The notes beneath the pieces were generated by a model, which made no database searches, had not been told where the DNA came from, and saw nothing but the letters and a program-made list of their open reading frames with translations. Source: Clostridia bacterium (GTDB lineage Bacteria > Bacillota > Clostridia > Oscillospirales > CAG-272). From it: 42,195 bases of DNA. Positions 32,824-42,195 of this stretch are shown here, one piece after another. Both the position numbers and the translations under genes were made by a program. The DNA is taken from the NCBI GenBank assembly GCA_029010655.1, contig JAQXKW010000092.1:1-42195 (forward strand). Reading direction: 5' to 3'. Positions within the stretch are counted from its first letter, which is position 1, and each line of letters begins with the position of its first letter.

Positions 32824-33904
32824 TTTTGTTTTCCTCCATCATTCTGACGAAGCTGTCGAAAAGATATGCGCTGTCCTGAGGTCCCGGGGCGCTTTCCGGG
32901 TGGTACTGAACGCTGAACACCTTTTTTTCACGGCATTTCAGTCCCTCAACCGTATTGTCAAGCAGATTTATATGGGAAACGGTAAGCGGCGTTTCGGAAA
33001 GGCTGTCCTTTTCTACCGCATATGAATGGTTCTGCGAGGTGATTTCTATTTTGCCTGTGTCAAGGTTTCGGACAGGGTGGTTTCCGCCTCTGTGTCCGAA
33101 TTTTAATTTATAGGTCTTTGCCCCGCTTGCAAGGGCGATTATCTGATGTCCGAGACAAATACCGAACATGGGGTATTTCCCCATGAGAGCCTTTACTGAG
33201 GCGATAGTTTCGGGAACGTCCTCAGGGTCTCCGGGGCCGTTTGAAATAAACACACCGTCGGGCCTGAGGGCTTCAATGGTGTCGGCAGGGGTGTTCCACG
33301 GGACTACCGTAACCTTACAGCCCCGCCTGTTCAGGCTTCTGACGATATTCTCCTTCATGCCGCAGTCGATTGCCACCACGTGGAAGCGCTCGTTTTCCGC
33401 AGGGGACACATGTATTTCTTTACAGCTAACCTTTGAAACGGCGTCCGTGGGGACGGGAGTTTCGGCAAGAATGCGAAGTCCGTCCTCTTTTTTTACGGAG
33501 GCGTCGGTAATAAGCACCTTTCTGCTGCCGAAATCTCGAATGGAGCGTGTGAGACAGCGTGTGTCAATACCGTATATGCCGGGAATGCCGTACTTTTCCA
33601 TTACCTGCCCTAAGGTGGCGGTGCTTCTGAAGTTGGAGGGTATGTCGTTATACTCCCGAACTATCATGGCGCCTATGGTGGGAAGGGCGGTTTCGTAATC
33701 GTCATCTGCCATGCCGTAGTTGCCTATCAGCGGGTAGGTCATTACAACCGCCTGATATGTATATGACGGATCTGACAGGATTTCCTGGTATCCGACCATA
33801 GAGGTGTTGAAAACTATTTCGCACACCCTGTCTGCGGTACTGCCGAAAGCATAACCGTAGTATTCTTTGCCGTCTTCCAGTATGAGTTTTCGGTTGAAAT
33901 CCAT
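32816..33904 (-). CDS. carA: Carbamoyl-phosphate synthase small (glutaminase) subunit
   Basis: 362 aa with the catalytic GICLGHQ and FSVQYHPE. It overlaps the carB start by 8 nt. Confidence 0.95.
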   Translation of the reverse strand: MDFNRKLILEDGKEYYGYAFGSTADRVCEIVFNTSMVGYQEILSDPSYTYQAVVMTYPLIGNYGMADDDYETALPTIGAMIVREYNDIPSNFRSTATLGQVMEKYGIPGIYGIDTRCLTRSIRDFGSRKVLITDASVKKEDGLRILAETPVPTDAVSKVSCKEIHVSPAENERFHVVAIDCGMKENIVRSLNRRGCKVTVVPWNTPADTIEALRPDGVFISNGPGDPEDVPETIASVKALMGKYPMFGICLGHQIIALASGAKTYKLKFGHRGGNHPVRNLDTGKIEITSQNHSYAVEKDSLSETPLTVSHINLLDNTVEGLKCREKKVFSVQYHPESAPGPQDSAYLFDSFVRMMEENKNA

Positions 33905-33937
33905 ATTGAGTCCTCAAATTGCCTTTGGTATGTTACT

Positions 33938-35572
<1,635 letters not shown>

Positions 35573-35627
35573 TTATGGGTCTGAATTGCTGTGGCGGGAA
35601 AAACGGTTTTGAAGCCTGTTATTCACA

Positions 35628-35752
35628 CTCCACCGTTGCACGTCCAGTTTGCACTTTCTTGCAGAGTGCGGAAAAGAGACTTAAAGTTTACTCCCATTCC
35701 ACCGTCGCACGTACAGTTTGCACTTTCTTGCAGAGTGCGGAAAAGAGACTTA
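35628..35752. repeat. Tandem direct repeat, two units with a 69-bp period
   Basis: CCACCGTYGCACGTMCAGTTTGCACTTTCTTGCAGAGTGCGGAAAAGAGACTTA occurs at 35630-35683 and 35699-35752. Each unit holds a GCACT-N9-AGTGC hairpin. It fills the guaA-pyrG intergenic region. Confidence 0.85.
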
Positions 35753-35756
35753 CAAT

Positions 35757-37289
35757 CTAGTCCCTTGCTACCGTCGCCGGGGGCTGTGAGGTTATATCGT
35801 AAACTACGCTTGAAATACCCTCTACCTCGTTTGTTATACGGTTGCTTGCCTTTCCCAGCACCTCGTAGGGCAGTCTTGTCCATTCGGCGGTCATAAAATC
35901 GTCCGTTGTAACCGCACGGAGTGCTACCGTGTAGCCGTAGGTTCTTGCGTCCCCCTTAACGCCCACGGAGCGCAGGTCGGTCAGCACCGCAAAATACTGA
36001 TTTGTTATTTCTTCAAGTCCTGCGTTTGCTATTTCTTCACGGAAAACAGCGTCGGCGTCACGGAGCAAATCAAGCTTTTCTTTTGTGATCTCGCCGATAA
36101 CACGAACCGCAAGTCCCGGCCCCGGGAAGGGCTGTCTCCACACAAGCTCGTGGGGGATTCCCAGCTTTGTGCCGACCTCCCGCACCTCGTCCTTGAAAAG
36201 ATCGCGAAGGGGCTCCGCTATTTCATCAAATGCAATAACGTCGGGAAGTCCGCCTACATTGTGGTGGCTTTTTATAACTGCGGAATCGCCTTTTCCGCTT
36301 TCAATAACGTCGGGATATATTGTGCCCTGAGCCAAAACGTCGATTTTTCCCAGCTTTTTCGCCTCGTCCTCAAATACACGGATAAATTCCTCGCCGATGA
36401 TTTTCCGCTTTTTTTCAGGCTCCGTTACGCCGGAGAGCTTTGAGAGAAACCGTTCCTGAACGTTTGCACGTATAAGGTTCATGCCGAACTTTTCACGGAA
36501 GGTTTTTTCTACAAAATCGCCTTCCCCTTTGCGCAGAAGCCCGTGATCCACGAACACGCAAATGAGATTTTCACCTACCGCCCTGTGCAGAAGAACTGCG
36601 GCAACAGAGGAATCAACGCCGCCGGAAAGGGCAAGCAAAACCTTTTTGCCACGGAGAGTTTTTTTGTAGCCCTCAACGGAGCGTTCTATAAAGTCCTCCA
36701 TTTTCCAGTCCGCCTGACAGCCGCACACGGAAAACAGGAAGTTACTTAAAATCTGCTTTCCGAAAACCGTGTGGGTAACCTCCGGGTGGAACTGAACGCC
36801 GTACAGCTTTTTCTGAGAGTTGCACATGGCGGCATGGGGGCATTTGTCCGTGTGGGCAATATTTACAAAGCCCTGCGGCAGAGTTTCAATGAAATCCGTG
36901 TGGCTCATAAAGCAGACGCTTTCTGAGGGAACGTCACGGAAAAGCTCACAGCTTTCGGTATAAACGGTGGTTTTTCCGTATTCGCTTGAATCCTTTGCGC
37001 TGTTTACCTTTCCCCCTGCCATGTATGCCATAAGCTGGTCGCCGTAGCAAATACCCAGCACGGGAATACCTACGTCAAGAATACTTTTGTCGTAGTGGGG
37101 GGATTTTTCATCGTAAACGCTGTTGGGGCCTCCGGTAAAGATAACCCCTTTGTAGCCTCTATTGACTATTTCTTCGGTAGTAATTTTGTTGAACGGAACA
37201 ATCTCCGCATAAACATGCTGTTCACGGACACGGCGCGCAATAAGCTGATTGTACTGTCCGCCGAAGTCCAAAACGAGAATTTTATCCAC
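35757..37289 (-). CDS. guaA: Glutamine-hydrolysing GMP synthase
   Basis: [25 protein letters not shown], the PP-loop SGGVDSSV and a C-terminal dimerisation domain. Start set at the GTG at 37289, which has AGGTGA 6 nt upstream. The longer ORF to 37388 overlaps purB. Confidence 0.93.
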   Translation of the reverse strand: MDKILVLDFGGQYNQLIARRVREQHVYAEIVPFNKITTEEIVNRGYKGVIFTGGPNSVYDEKSPHYDKSILDVGIPVLGICYGDQLMAYMAGGKVNSAKDSSEYGKTTVYTESCELFRDVPSESVCFMSHTDFIETLPQGFVNIAHTDKCPHAAMCNSQKKLYGVQFHPEVTHTVFGKQILSNFLFSVCGCQADWKMEDFIERSVEGYKKTLRGKKVLLALSGGVDSSVAAVLLHRAVGENLICVFVDHGLLRKGEGDFVEKTFREKFGMNLIRANVQERFLSKLSGVTEPEKKRKIIGEEFIRVFEDEAKKLGKIDVLAQGTIYPDVIESGKGDSAVIKSHHNVGGLPDVIAFDEIAEPLRDLFKDEVREVGTKLGIPHELVWRQPFPGPGLAVRVIGEITKEKLDLLRDADAVFREEIANAGLEEITNQYFAVLTDLRSVGVKGDARTYGYTVALRAVTTDDFMTAEWTRLPYEVLGKASNRITNEVEGISSVVYDITSQPPATVARD

Positions 37290-37302
37290 TGTGTTCACCT
37301 GT

Positions 37303-38718
37303 TTATAATTCGATTTTTGCAGATTCGCCGCTGACGTGGGAGAGCAAAGGAGCCGTTTTTTTAACAAGAGCTTCAACCTGTTCGGCACATCTGCCTATAT
37401 ACATGGCAGGGTCAAGGAGCTTTTCCATTTCGCTTTTGGTCATGCCGAACTCCTTCTCCCGGGCCAGCCTTGCAAGCAGGTCAAAGCTTTCGCCGTTTTT
37501 CATTTTAGCGGTTTCTTCCATTGAGCATCTGCGTATGATTTCGTGAACTGCCTGACGGTCGGCGCCGTGTTTAACAGCCTCCATCATCAGGTTTTCCGTT
37601 GCGATAAAGGGCAGATATTCTCTGACGGCTCTTTCAACGATTTTTTCGTTCACGTGAAGTCCGTCTGTCACGTTCTGACACAGCCGCAGTACGGCGTCCG
37701 CACACAGAAAGCCCTCCGGCATGGATATACGTCTGTTTGCCGAGTCGTCAAGGGTTCGTTCAAGCCATTGAACGGATGCTGTCATGGGAGCGTTTGCGGC
37801 GTCCGCCATCAGGTATCTGGAAAGGGAGCAAACTCTCTCACAGCGCATGGGATTTCTCTTGTATGCCATGGCGGAAGAGCCTATCTGGTCTTTTTCAAAG
37901 GGTTCTTCAACCTGTCTGTCGTGCTGAAGGAGCCTTATGTCGTTTGCCATACGGTAACAGCTCTGCGCCACGGAGGAAAGACAGTTGAGAATTCTTGAAT
38001 CTGTTTTTCGGGGATAGGTCTGTCCGCAGACGTCGAAGCATTTGTCAAAGCCGAAGTCGGCGGCAATCTTTCTGTTCATTTCATCGATTTTCGCCGTGTC
38101 TCCGTCAAAAAGGTCAACGAAGCTTGCTTCCGTTCCCGTAGTGCCCCGACAGCCCAAAAACTTCATGGTTCCGATTACGTAGTCTATTTCCTCCAAATCG
38201 GACAGGAAATCCTGCATCCATAAGGTGGCGCGCTTGCCTACGGTAACAAGCTGTGCCGGCTGATAATGGGTATAGCCCAAGGTGGGCATGTCTTTATATT
38301 TTTCCGCAAATCCGGAGAGATTTTTTATAACCTTCAGAAGCTCCGAGCGCAAATAGCGCAGAGCCTCTCTGTAAATTACAAGGTCGGCGTTGTCTGTAAC
38401 GTAACAGCTTGTTGCGCCCAGATGAATGATTCCTGCGGCACCGGGTGCTTCTTTTCCGAAGGCGTGAACGTGCGCCATAACGTCATGGCGAACCTTCTTT
38501 TCCTGAGACACCGCATATTCGTAGTCTATATTGTCAATATTTGCTTCAAGCTCCGCCACCTGCTCTGCCGTTACGGGCAGTCCCAGCTCCATTTCGGCTT
38601 TTGCAAGGGAAACCCAGAGCTTTCGCCATGTTCTGTATCTTGTGTCCGCCGAAAACAGCTTCAGCATGTATTCCGAGGCATATCTGGAGGACAGGGGGGA
38701 TTCGTATTTTCCGGTCAT
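37303..38718 (-). CDS. purB: Adenylosuccinate lyase
   Basis: 471 aa with the fumarase/ASL signature [11 protein letters not shown] and RBS AAGGAGG. Confidence 0.93.
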   Translation of the reverse strand: MTGKYESPLSSRYASEYMLKLFSADTRYRTWRKLWVSLAKAEMELGLPVTAEQVAELEANIDNIDYEYAVSQEKKVRHDVMAHVHAFGKEAPGAAGIIHLGATSCYVTDNADLVIYREALRYLRSELLKVIKNLSGFAEKYKDMPTLGYTHYQPAQLVTVGKRATLWMQDFLSDLEEIDYVIGTMKFLGCRGTTGTEASFVDLFDGDTAKIDEMNRKIAADFGFDKCFDVCGQTYPRKTDSRILNCLSSVAQSCYRMANDIRLLQHDRQVEEPFEKDQIGSSAMAYKRNPMRCERVCSLSRYLMADAANAPMTASVQWLERTLDDSANRRISMPEGFLCADAVLRLCQNVTDGLHVNEKIVERAVREYLPFIATENLMMEAVKHGADRQAVHEIIRRCSMEETAKMKNGESFDLLARLAREKEFGMTKSEMEKLLDPAMYIGRCAEQVEALVKKTAPLLSHVSGESAKIEL

Positions 38719-38730
38719 TGTCTCTCCTCC

Positions 38731-40008
38731 TTACTTTCTGTAAATAATGCTGTCACGCTCCGGACCTACGGAAACGTAGGTTATGGGACAGCCGATAGCT
38801 TTTTCCACGTACTCAACGTATTTGCGTGCCGCCTCCGGCAAGTCCTCGAAACGGCGCACGCCGGAAATATCCGTTTTCCAGCCGTCAAGATATTCAATAA
38901 CGGGGGTGGATTTGTTCTGGGCGGAGGGGAAGGGGAAGCGGTCTGTCTTTTTGCCGTCCACCATGTAGTGGGTGCAAACGGGAATCTGCTCCATGTAGCT
39001 GAGCACATCCAGCTTTGTAAGCGCAATTTCCGTTGCCGCCTGAACTTCAACTCCGTATTTTGTAGCAACAAGGTCAATGGGACCCACTCTGCGGGGTCTG
39101 CCCGTTTTTGCGCCGTATTCGCCGCCTGCCTCACGGAGCTTTTCAGCCTCCTCGCCGAACATTTCGCAGACGAAGGGACCCTCGCCCACGCAGGTGGAAT
39201 ATGCCTTAACAACTCCCACAACGTCGCTTATCTTCGCAGAGGGAAGCCCCGAACCGATGGGGGCATATGCGGCTGTGGTGTTGGAGGAGGTGGTGTAAGG
39301 GTAAATTCCGTAGTCCAGGTCTCTCAGAGAGCCGAGCTGTGCTTCAAAGAGAATATTTTTGCCTGCTTTCTGAGCGTCTCTCAAAAATGAGCCCGTGTCG
39401 CATACATAGGGCTTGATTTTTTCGCAGTAAGTGCCTATCCATTCCTCAAGCATTTCCATTGTGTAGGGCTCGGCGCCGTAAACCTTTGTAAGAGTAAGGT
39501 TTTTCCACTCCATAATTCCGGCAAGGTGCTCTCTCAGCTCCTCGGGATAGAAAAGCTCTCCCGCAAGCACGGTTTTTTTCTGATATTTGTCTGAATAGAA
39601 GGGAGCAATTCCCTGCTTTGTGGAGCCGTATTTTTTGTCGGCAAGCCTTTTTTCCTCCAGCTCGTCAAGAGCTCTGTGCCAAGGGAGAAGAAGGGAAGCC
39701 CTGTCGCTGATTTTCATATTTTCGGGGGTAAGAGCAACGCCCTTGTCCATTACCTCCGTCATTTCCTTCCAAAGGTTCTCGGGGTCTACCGCAACTCCGT
39801 TGCCCAGAATATTAACGGTGTCCTTTCTGAATATTCCGGAGGGCAGAAGGTGAAGCGCAAATTTACCCTGCTCGTTTATAACGGTGTGACCGGCGTTTCC
39901 GCCGCCCTGGTATCTTACAACAACATCGAATTTTTCCGTAAGCAGGTCAACCATACGGCCTTTTCCCTCGTCGCCCCAGTTAATACCCACAATTGCACAT
40001 TCAGACAT
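38731..40008 (-). CDS. purA: Adenylosuccinate synthetase
   Basis: N-terminal GINWGDEGKG and GGNAGHT. The ATG at 40008 has GAGGAA upstream. Confidence 0.95.
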   Translation of the reverse strand: MSECAIVGINWGDEGKGRMVDLLTEKFDVVVRYQGGGNAGHTVINEQGKFALHLLPSGIFRKDTVNILGNGVAVDPENLWKEMTEVMDKGVALTPENMKISDRASLLLPWHRALDELEEKRLADKKYGSTKQGIAPFYSDKYQKKTVLAGELFYPEELREHLAGIMEWKNLTLTKVYGAEPYTMEMLEEWIGTYCEKIKPYVCDTGSFLRDAQKAGKNILFEAQLGSLRDLDYGIYPYTTSSNTTAAYAPIGSGLPSAKISDVVGVVKAYSTCVGEGPFVCEMFGEEAEKLREAGGEYGAKTGRPRRVGPIDLVATKYGVEVQAATEIALTKLDVLSYMEQIPVCTHYMVDGKKTDRFPFPSAQNKSTPVIEYLDGWKTDISGVRRFEDLPEAARKYVEYVEKAIGCPITYVSVGPERDSIIYRK

Positions 40009-40138
40009 ATTAGTTCCTCGCATTTCAGTTAATTTTGAATTGCCGTTATACTGCAGATTTTTATCGGCTTTTCCAACCGATTATTTTAACACAAAACCTG
40101 CGTGTTGTATATAGAAATTTGAAAGTTTTTGCGATTTT

Positions 40139-41587
40139 TCAGCCGTTGATTTTTTCTTCAAATCTTGTTTTTTTAACGGTGTATTGGGGCTTTACGGGAT
40201 ATGATCCGTCAAAGCAGGCGGTGCACATAGTGCCGCTGCCCGGAGCAATTTCTTTAAGGTGCTCCATGCTCAGATACCCCAGAGTGTCAACCCCGATTAT
40301 TTTTGCGATTTCTTCTGCTGAGTGATGATTTGCAATAAGGTTTTCCGCATCGTCAATGTCCGTGCCGTAGTAGCAGGGGGCAATAAAGGGCGGAGCACTT
40401 ATTCGCATGTGTATTTCCGTTGCCCCTGCCCGTCTCAAAATGTCGCAGATGCCACGGCACGTGGTTCCCCTTACAATGGAATCGTCAATAAGGACTATCC
40501 GTTTGCCCTTTACAACGCTGCGAACCGGGTTCAGCTTAATGTTTACGCCCACCTCTCTCTGCTCCTGTGTGGGAGAGATAAAGGTTCTGCCGATATATTT
40601 ATTTTTCGTAAAACCGATTCCGTAGGGAATACCGGAGGCAACGGAATAGCCTAAAGCGGCGTCCAGTCCCGAATCGGGCACGCCGATTACCACGTCTGCG
40701 TCAACGGGATGCTCCTTTGCCAAAAATGCTCCGGCTCTCTTTCTTGCTTCAATAACGGCTGTGCCGTCGATTACGGAATCAGGTCTCGAAAAATAGATAT
40801 ATTCAAAGGAGCAGAGGCGTTTTTCCTGTGTTTCGCACCGTCTTTCATCGGTTTTTATACCGTCTGCGCTGACGGTTATAATCTCCCCGGGCTTTACGTC
40901 CCGCACAAATTCGGCGCCCACAGCGTCCAAAGCGCAGGACTCTGAGGCAAATACTGTTTTCCCGTCTGCGGTTTTGCCCATGCATAAGGGGCGAAAGCCG
41001 TAAGGGTCACGGACGGCTATTAGCTTTGCAGGGGAGGATATTACAAGGGAATATGCGCCGGAAAGTTTTCCCATTGCCTCGTAAACCGCCTCCTCAATAG
41101 AGGGAGTGCGAAGCCTTTGCTGCACGATAATGTGTGCGATTACCTCGCTGTCTGTTGTGGTGTGAAATATGGAGCCGTTCATTTCCAGCTCGCATCTCAG
41201 CTCATAGGAGTTGGTAAGATTTCCGTTGTGGGCAAGCGCCATGCGTCCCTTGTGGTGGTTTATAACAATGGGCTGTGCGTTTCGCTTGCGGTCTGCTCCC
41301 GTAGTGGCATATCTTACATGCCCTACAACAATATTGCCCTGTCCCAGCTCTTTAAGACGCTCGGGAGGGAAAACATCGTTTACCAGTCCTTCGTCAAGAT
41401 GGCAGGTGAACACGCCGTCGTCGTTTACAACGATTCCCGCACTTTCCTGACCTCTGTGCTGAAGGGCGAACAGTCCGTAGTATGCCAATGACGCCACATC
41501 GGCGATCTTTTCCGAAAAAACGCCAAAGACACCACACTCCTCGTGAATGTGATGTGCTTTGTCAATGGGGCTTCCTTGCTTACTCAT
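40139..41587 (-). CDS. purF: Amidophosphoribosyltransferase
   Basis: Propeptide followed by the catalytic CGVFGVF, the PRTase motif [12 protein letters not shown] and C-terminal Cys ligands. The ATG at 41587 overlaps the purC stop. Confidence 0.93.
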   Translation of the reverse strand: MSKQGSPIDKAHHIHEECGVFGVFSEKIADVASLAYYGLFALQHRGQESAGIVVNDDGVFTCHLDEGLVNDVFPPERLKELGQGNIVVGHVRYATTGADRKRNAQPIVINHHKGRMALAHNGNLTNSYELRCELEMNGSIFHTTTDSEVIAHIIVQQRLRTPSIEEAVYEAMGKLSGAYSLVISSPAKLIAVRDPYGFRPLCMGKTADGKTVFASESCALDAVGAEFVRDVKPGEIITVSADGIKTDERRCETQEKRLCSFEYIYFSRPDSVIDGTAVIEARKRAGAFLAKEHPVDADVVIGVPDSGLDAALGYSVASGIPYGIGFTKNKYIGRTFISPTQEQREVGVNIKLNPVRSVVKGKRIVLIDDSIVRGTTCRGICDILRRAGATEIHMRISAPPFIAPCYYGTDIDDAENLIANHHSAEEIAKIIGVDTLGYLSMEHLKEIAPGSGTMCTACFDGSYPVKPQYTVKKTRFEEKING

Positions 41588-42195
41588 GCTCGGCAAACCT
41601 CTTCATTATTTCCTCGTAAGCTTCTTCAACGCCGCCCATATCACGGCGGAAGCGGTCCTTGTCCAGCTTCTCCCCGGTGGTGCTGTCCCAGAAGCGGCAG
41701 GTGTCGGGGCTTATTTCGTCGGCAAGGATAATTTTGCCGTCGGAGGTCTTTCCGAATTCAAGCTTGAAATCTACGAGAGTAACGCCGCATTCAGCCCAAA
41801 AGGCTTTCAGAATGGCGTTAATTTTAAGGGCATAGGTCTTAATGGTATCTATTTCCTCTTTTGTAGCCAGCTTCAATGCCAAAGCATGGCTTGTGTTAAG
41901 GAGAGGGTCGCCCAAATCGTCGTTTTTATAGGAAAACTCAACGACAGGTTCGTCAAACTTAACTCCCTCGTCAACGCCGTAGCGTTTGGAAAACGAGCCT
42001 GCGGCAATATTGCGGACGATAACCTCAAGGGGCACGATAGAAACCTTTTTAACAAGGGTCTCTCTGTCGCTGAGCTCCTCCACGAAATGGGTGGGAATCC
42101 CCTCCCTCTCAAGCATTTTCATCAGGCGGTTGCTCATCTTGTTGTTGATGACGCCCTTTCCAGCGATAGTACCCTTTTTAAGGCCGTTAAAGGCG
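41580..42195 (-). CDS. purC: SAICAR synthase, 5' partial at the window edge
   Basis: The frame is open to nt 42195 ([22 protein letters not shown]...). LEVIVRN..AGS and [14 protein letters not shown] are typical PurC motifs. Confidence 0.9.
   Translation of the reverse strand, partial: AFNGLKKGTIAGKGVINNKMSNRLMKMLEREGIPTHFVEELSDRETLVKKVSIVPLEVIVRNIAAGSFSKRYGVDEGVKFDEPVVEFSYKNDDLGDPLLNTSHALALKLATKEEIDTIKTYALKINAILKAFWAECGVTLVDFKLEFGKTSDGKIILADEISPDTCRFWDSTTGEKLDKDRFRRDMGGVEEAYEEIMKRFAEHE

Noticed and set aside
35575-35896. ORFs 35575-35760, 35591-35896 and 35623-35883, and a possible mini-CRISPR
   Set aside because: The ORFs simply translate the 69-bp tandem repeat. A CRISPR array is rejected because there are only two units, the repeats are 54 nt with a 15-nt spacer, and there are no cas genes.
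38266-39390. 374-aa ORF antisense to purB and purA
   Set aside because: It spans the purA/purB junction on the opposite strand, has a low-complexity Cys/Gly/Val/Phe-rich translation, and no start context.

Overview
This window looks like chromosomal core genome of a spore-forming Clostridia bacterium. A Ruminococcus/Oscillospiraceae-like origin is inferred from a dockerin protein, a SpoVM micro-ORF, a T-box leader and the gene content. About 90% is ordinary housekeeping coding sequence. One minus-strand block encodes mltG, a CPBP protease, 5-formyl-THF cyclo-ligase, DJ-1, tmk and ftsK. A plus-strand block encodes rsuA, iorAB, mnmM, a PHP phosphatase, rpsO, pnp, a VanY-type peptidase, valS and a DUF362 protein. 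A long minus-strand nucleotide-biosynthesis run follows: nadE, carB, carA, pyrG, guaA, purB, purA, purF and a partial purC. I found no rRNA, tRNA, CRISPR array, integrase, transposase or recognisable defence or biosynthetic cluster, and I cannot point to a new protein-coding system. The unusual content is mostly noncoding. Two large ORF-free convergent intergenic regions (1547-2154 and 28091-28854) and several smaller ones hold a modular family of palindromic repeats. The family includes a 43-nt unit with pairing-preserving substitutions, a ~217-bp inverted-repeat element present twice in opposite orientation, a GTAG-headed REPIN-like doublet, heptamer arrays abutting stop and start codons, and a 69-bp tandem duplication between guaA and pyrG. 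Other points of note are an unlisted 23-aa SpoVM gene, an intact barstar gene next to a truncated barnase remnant that the valS promoter overlaps, and a small HTH plus Cys-rich two-gene islet with operator-like repeats in its promoter. All functional calls rest on motif recognition by eye; no searches were run.
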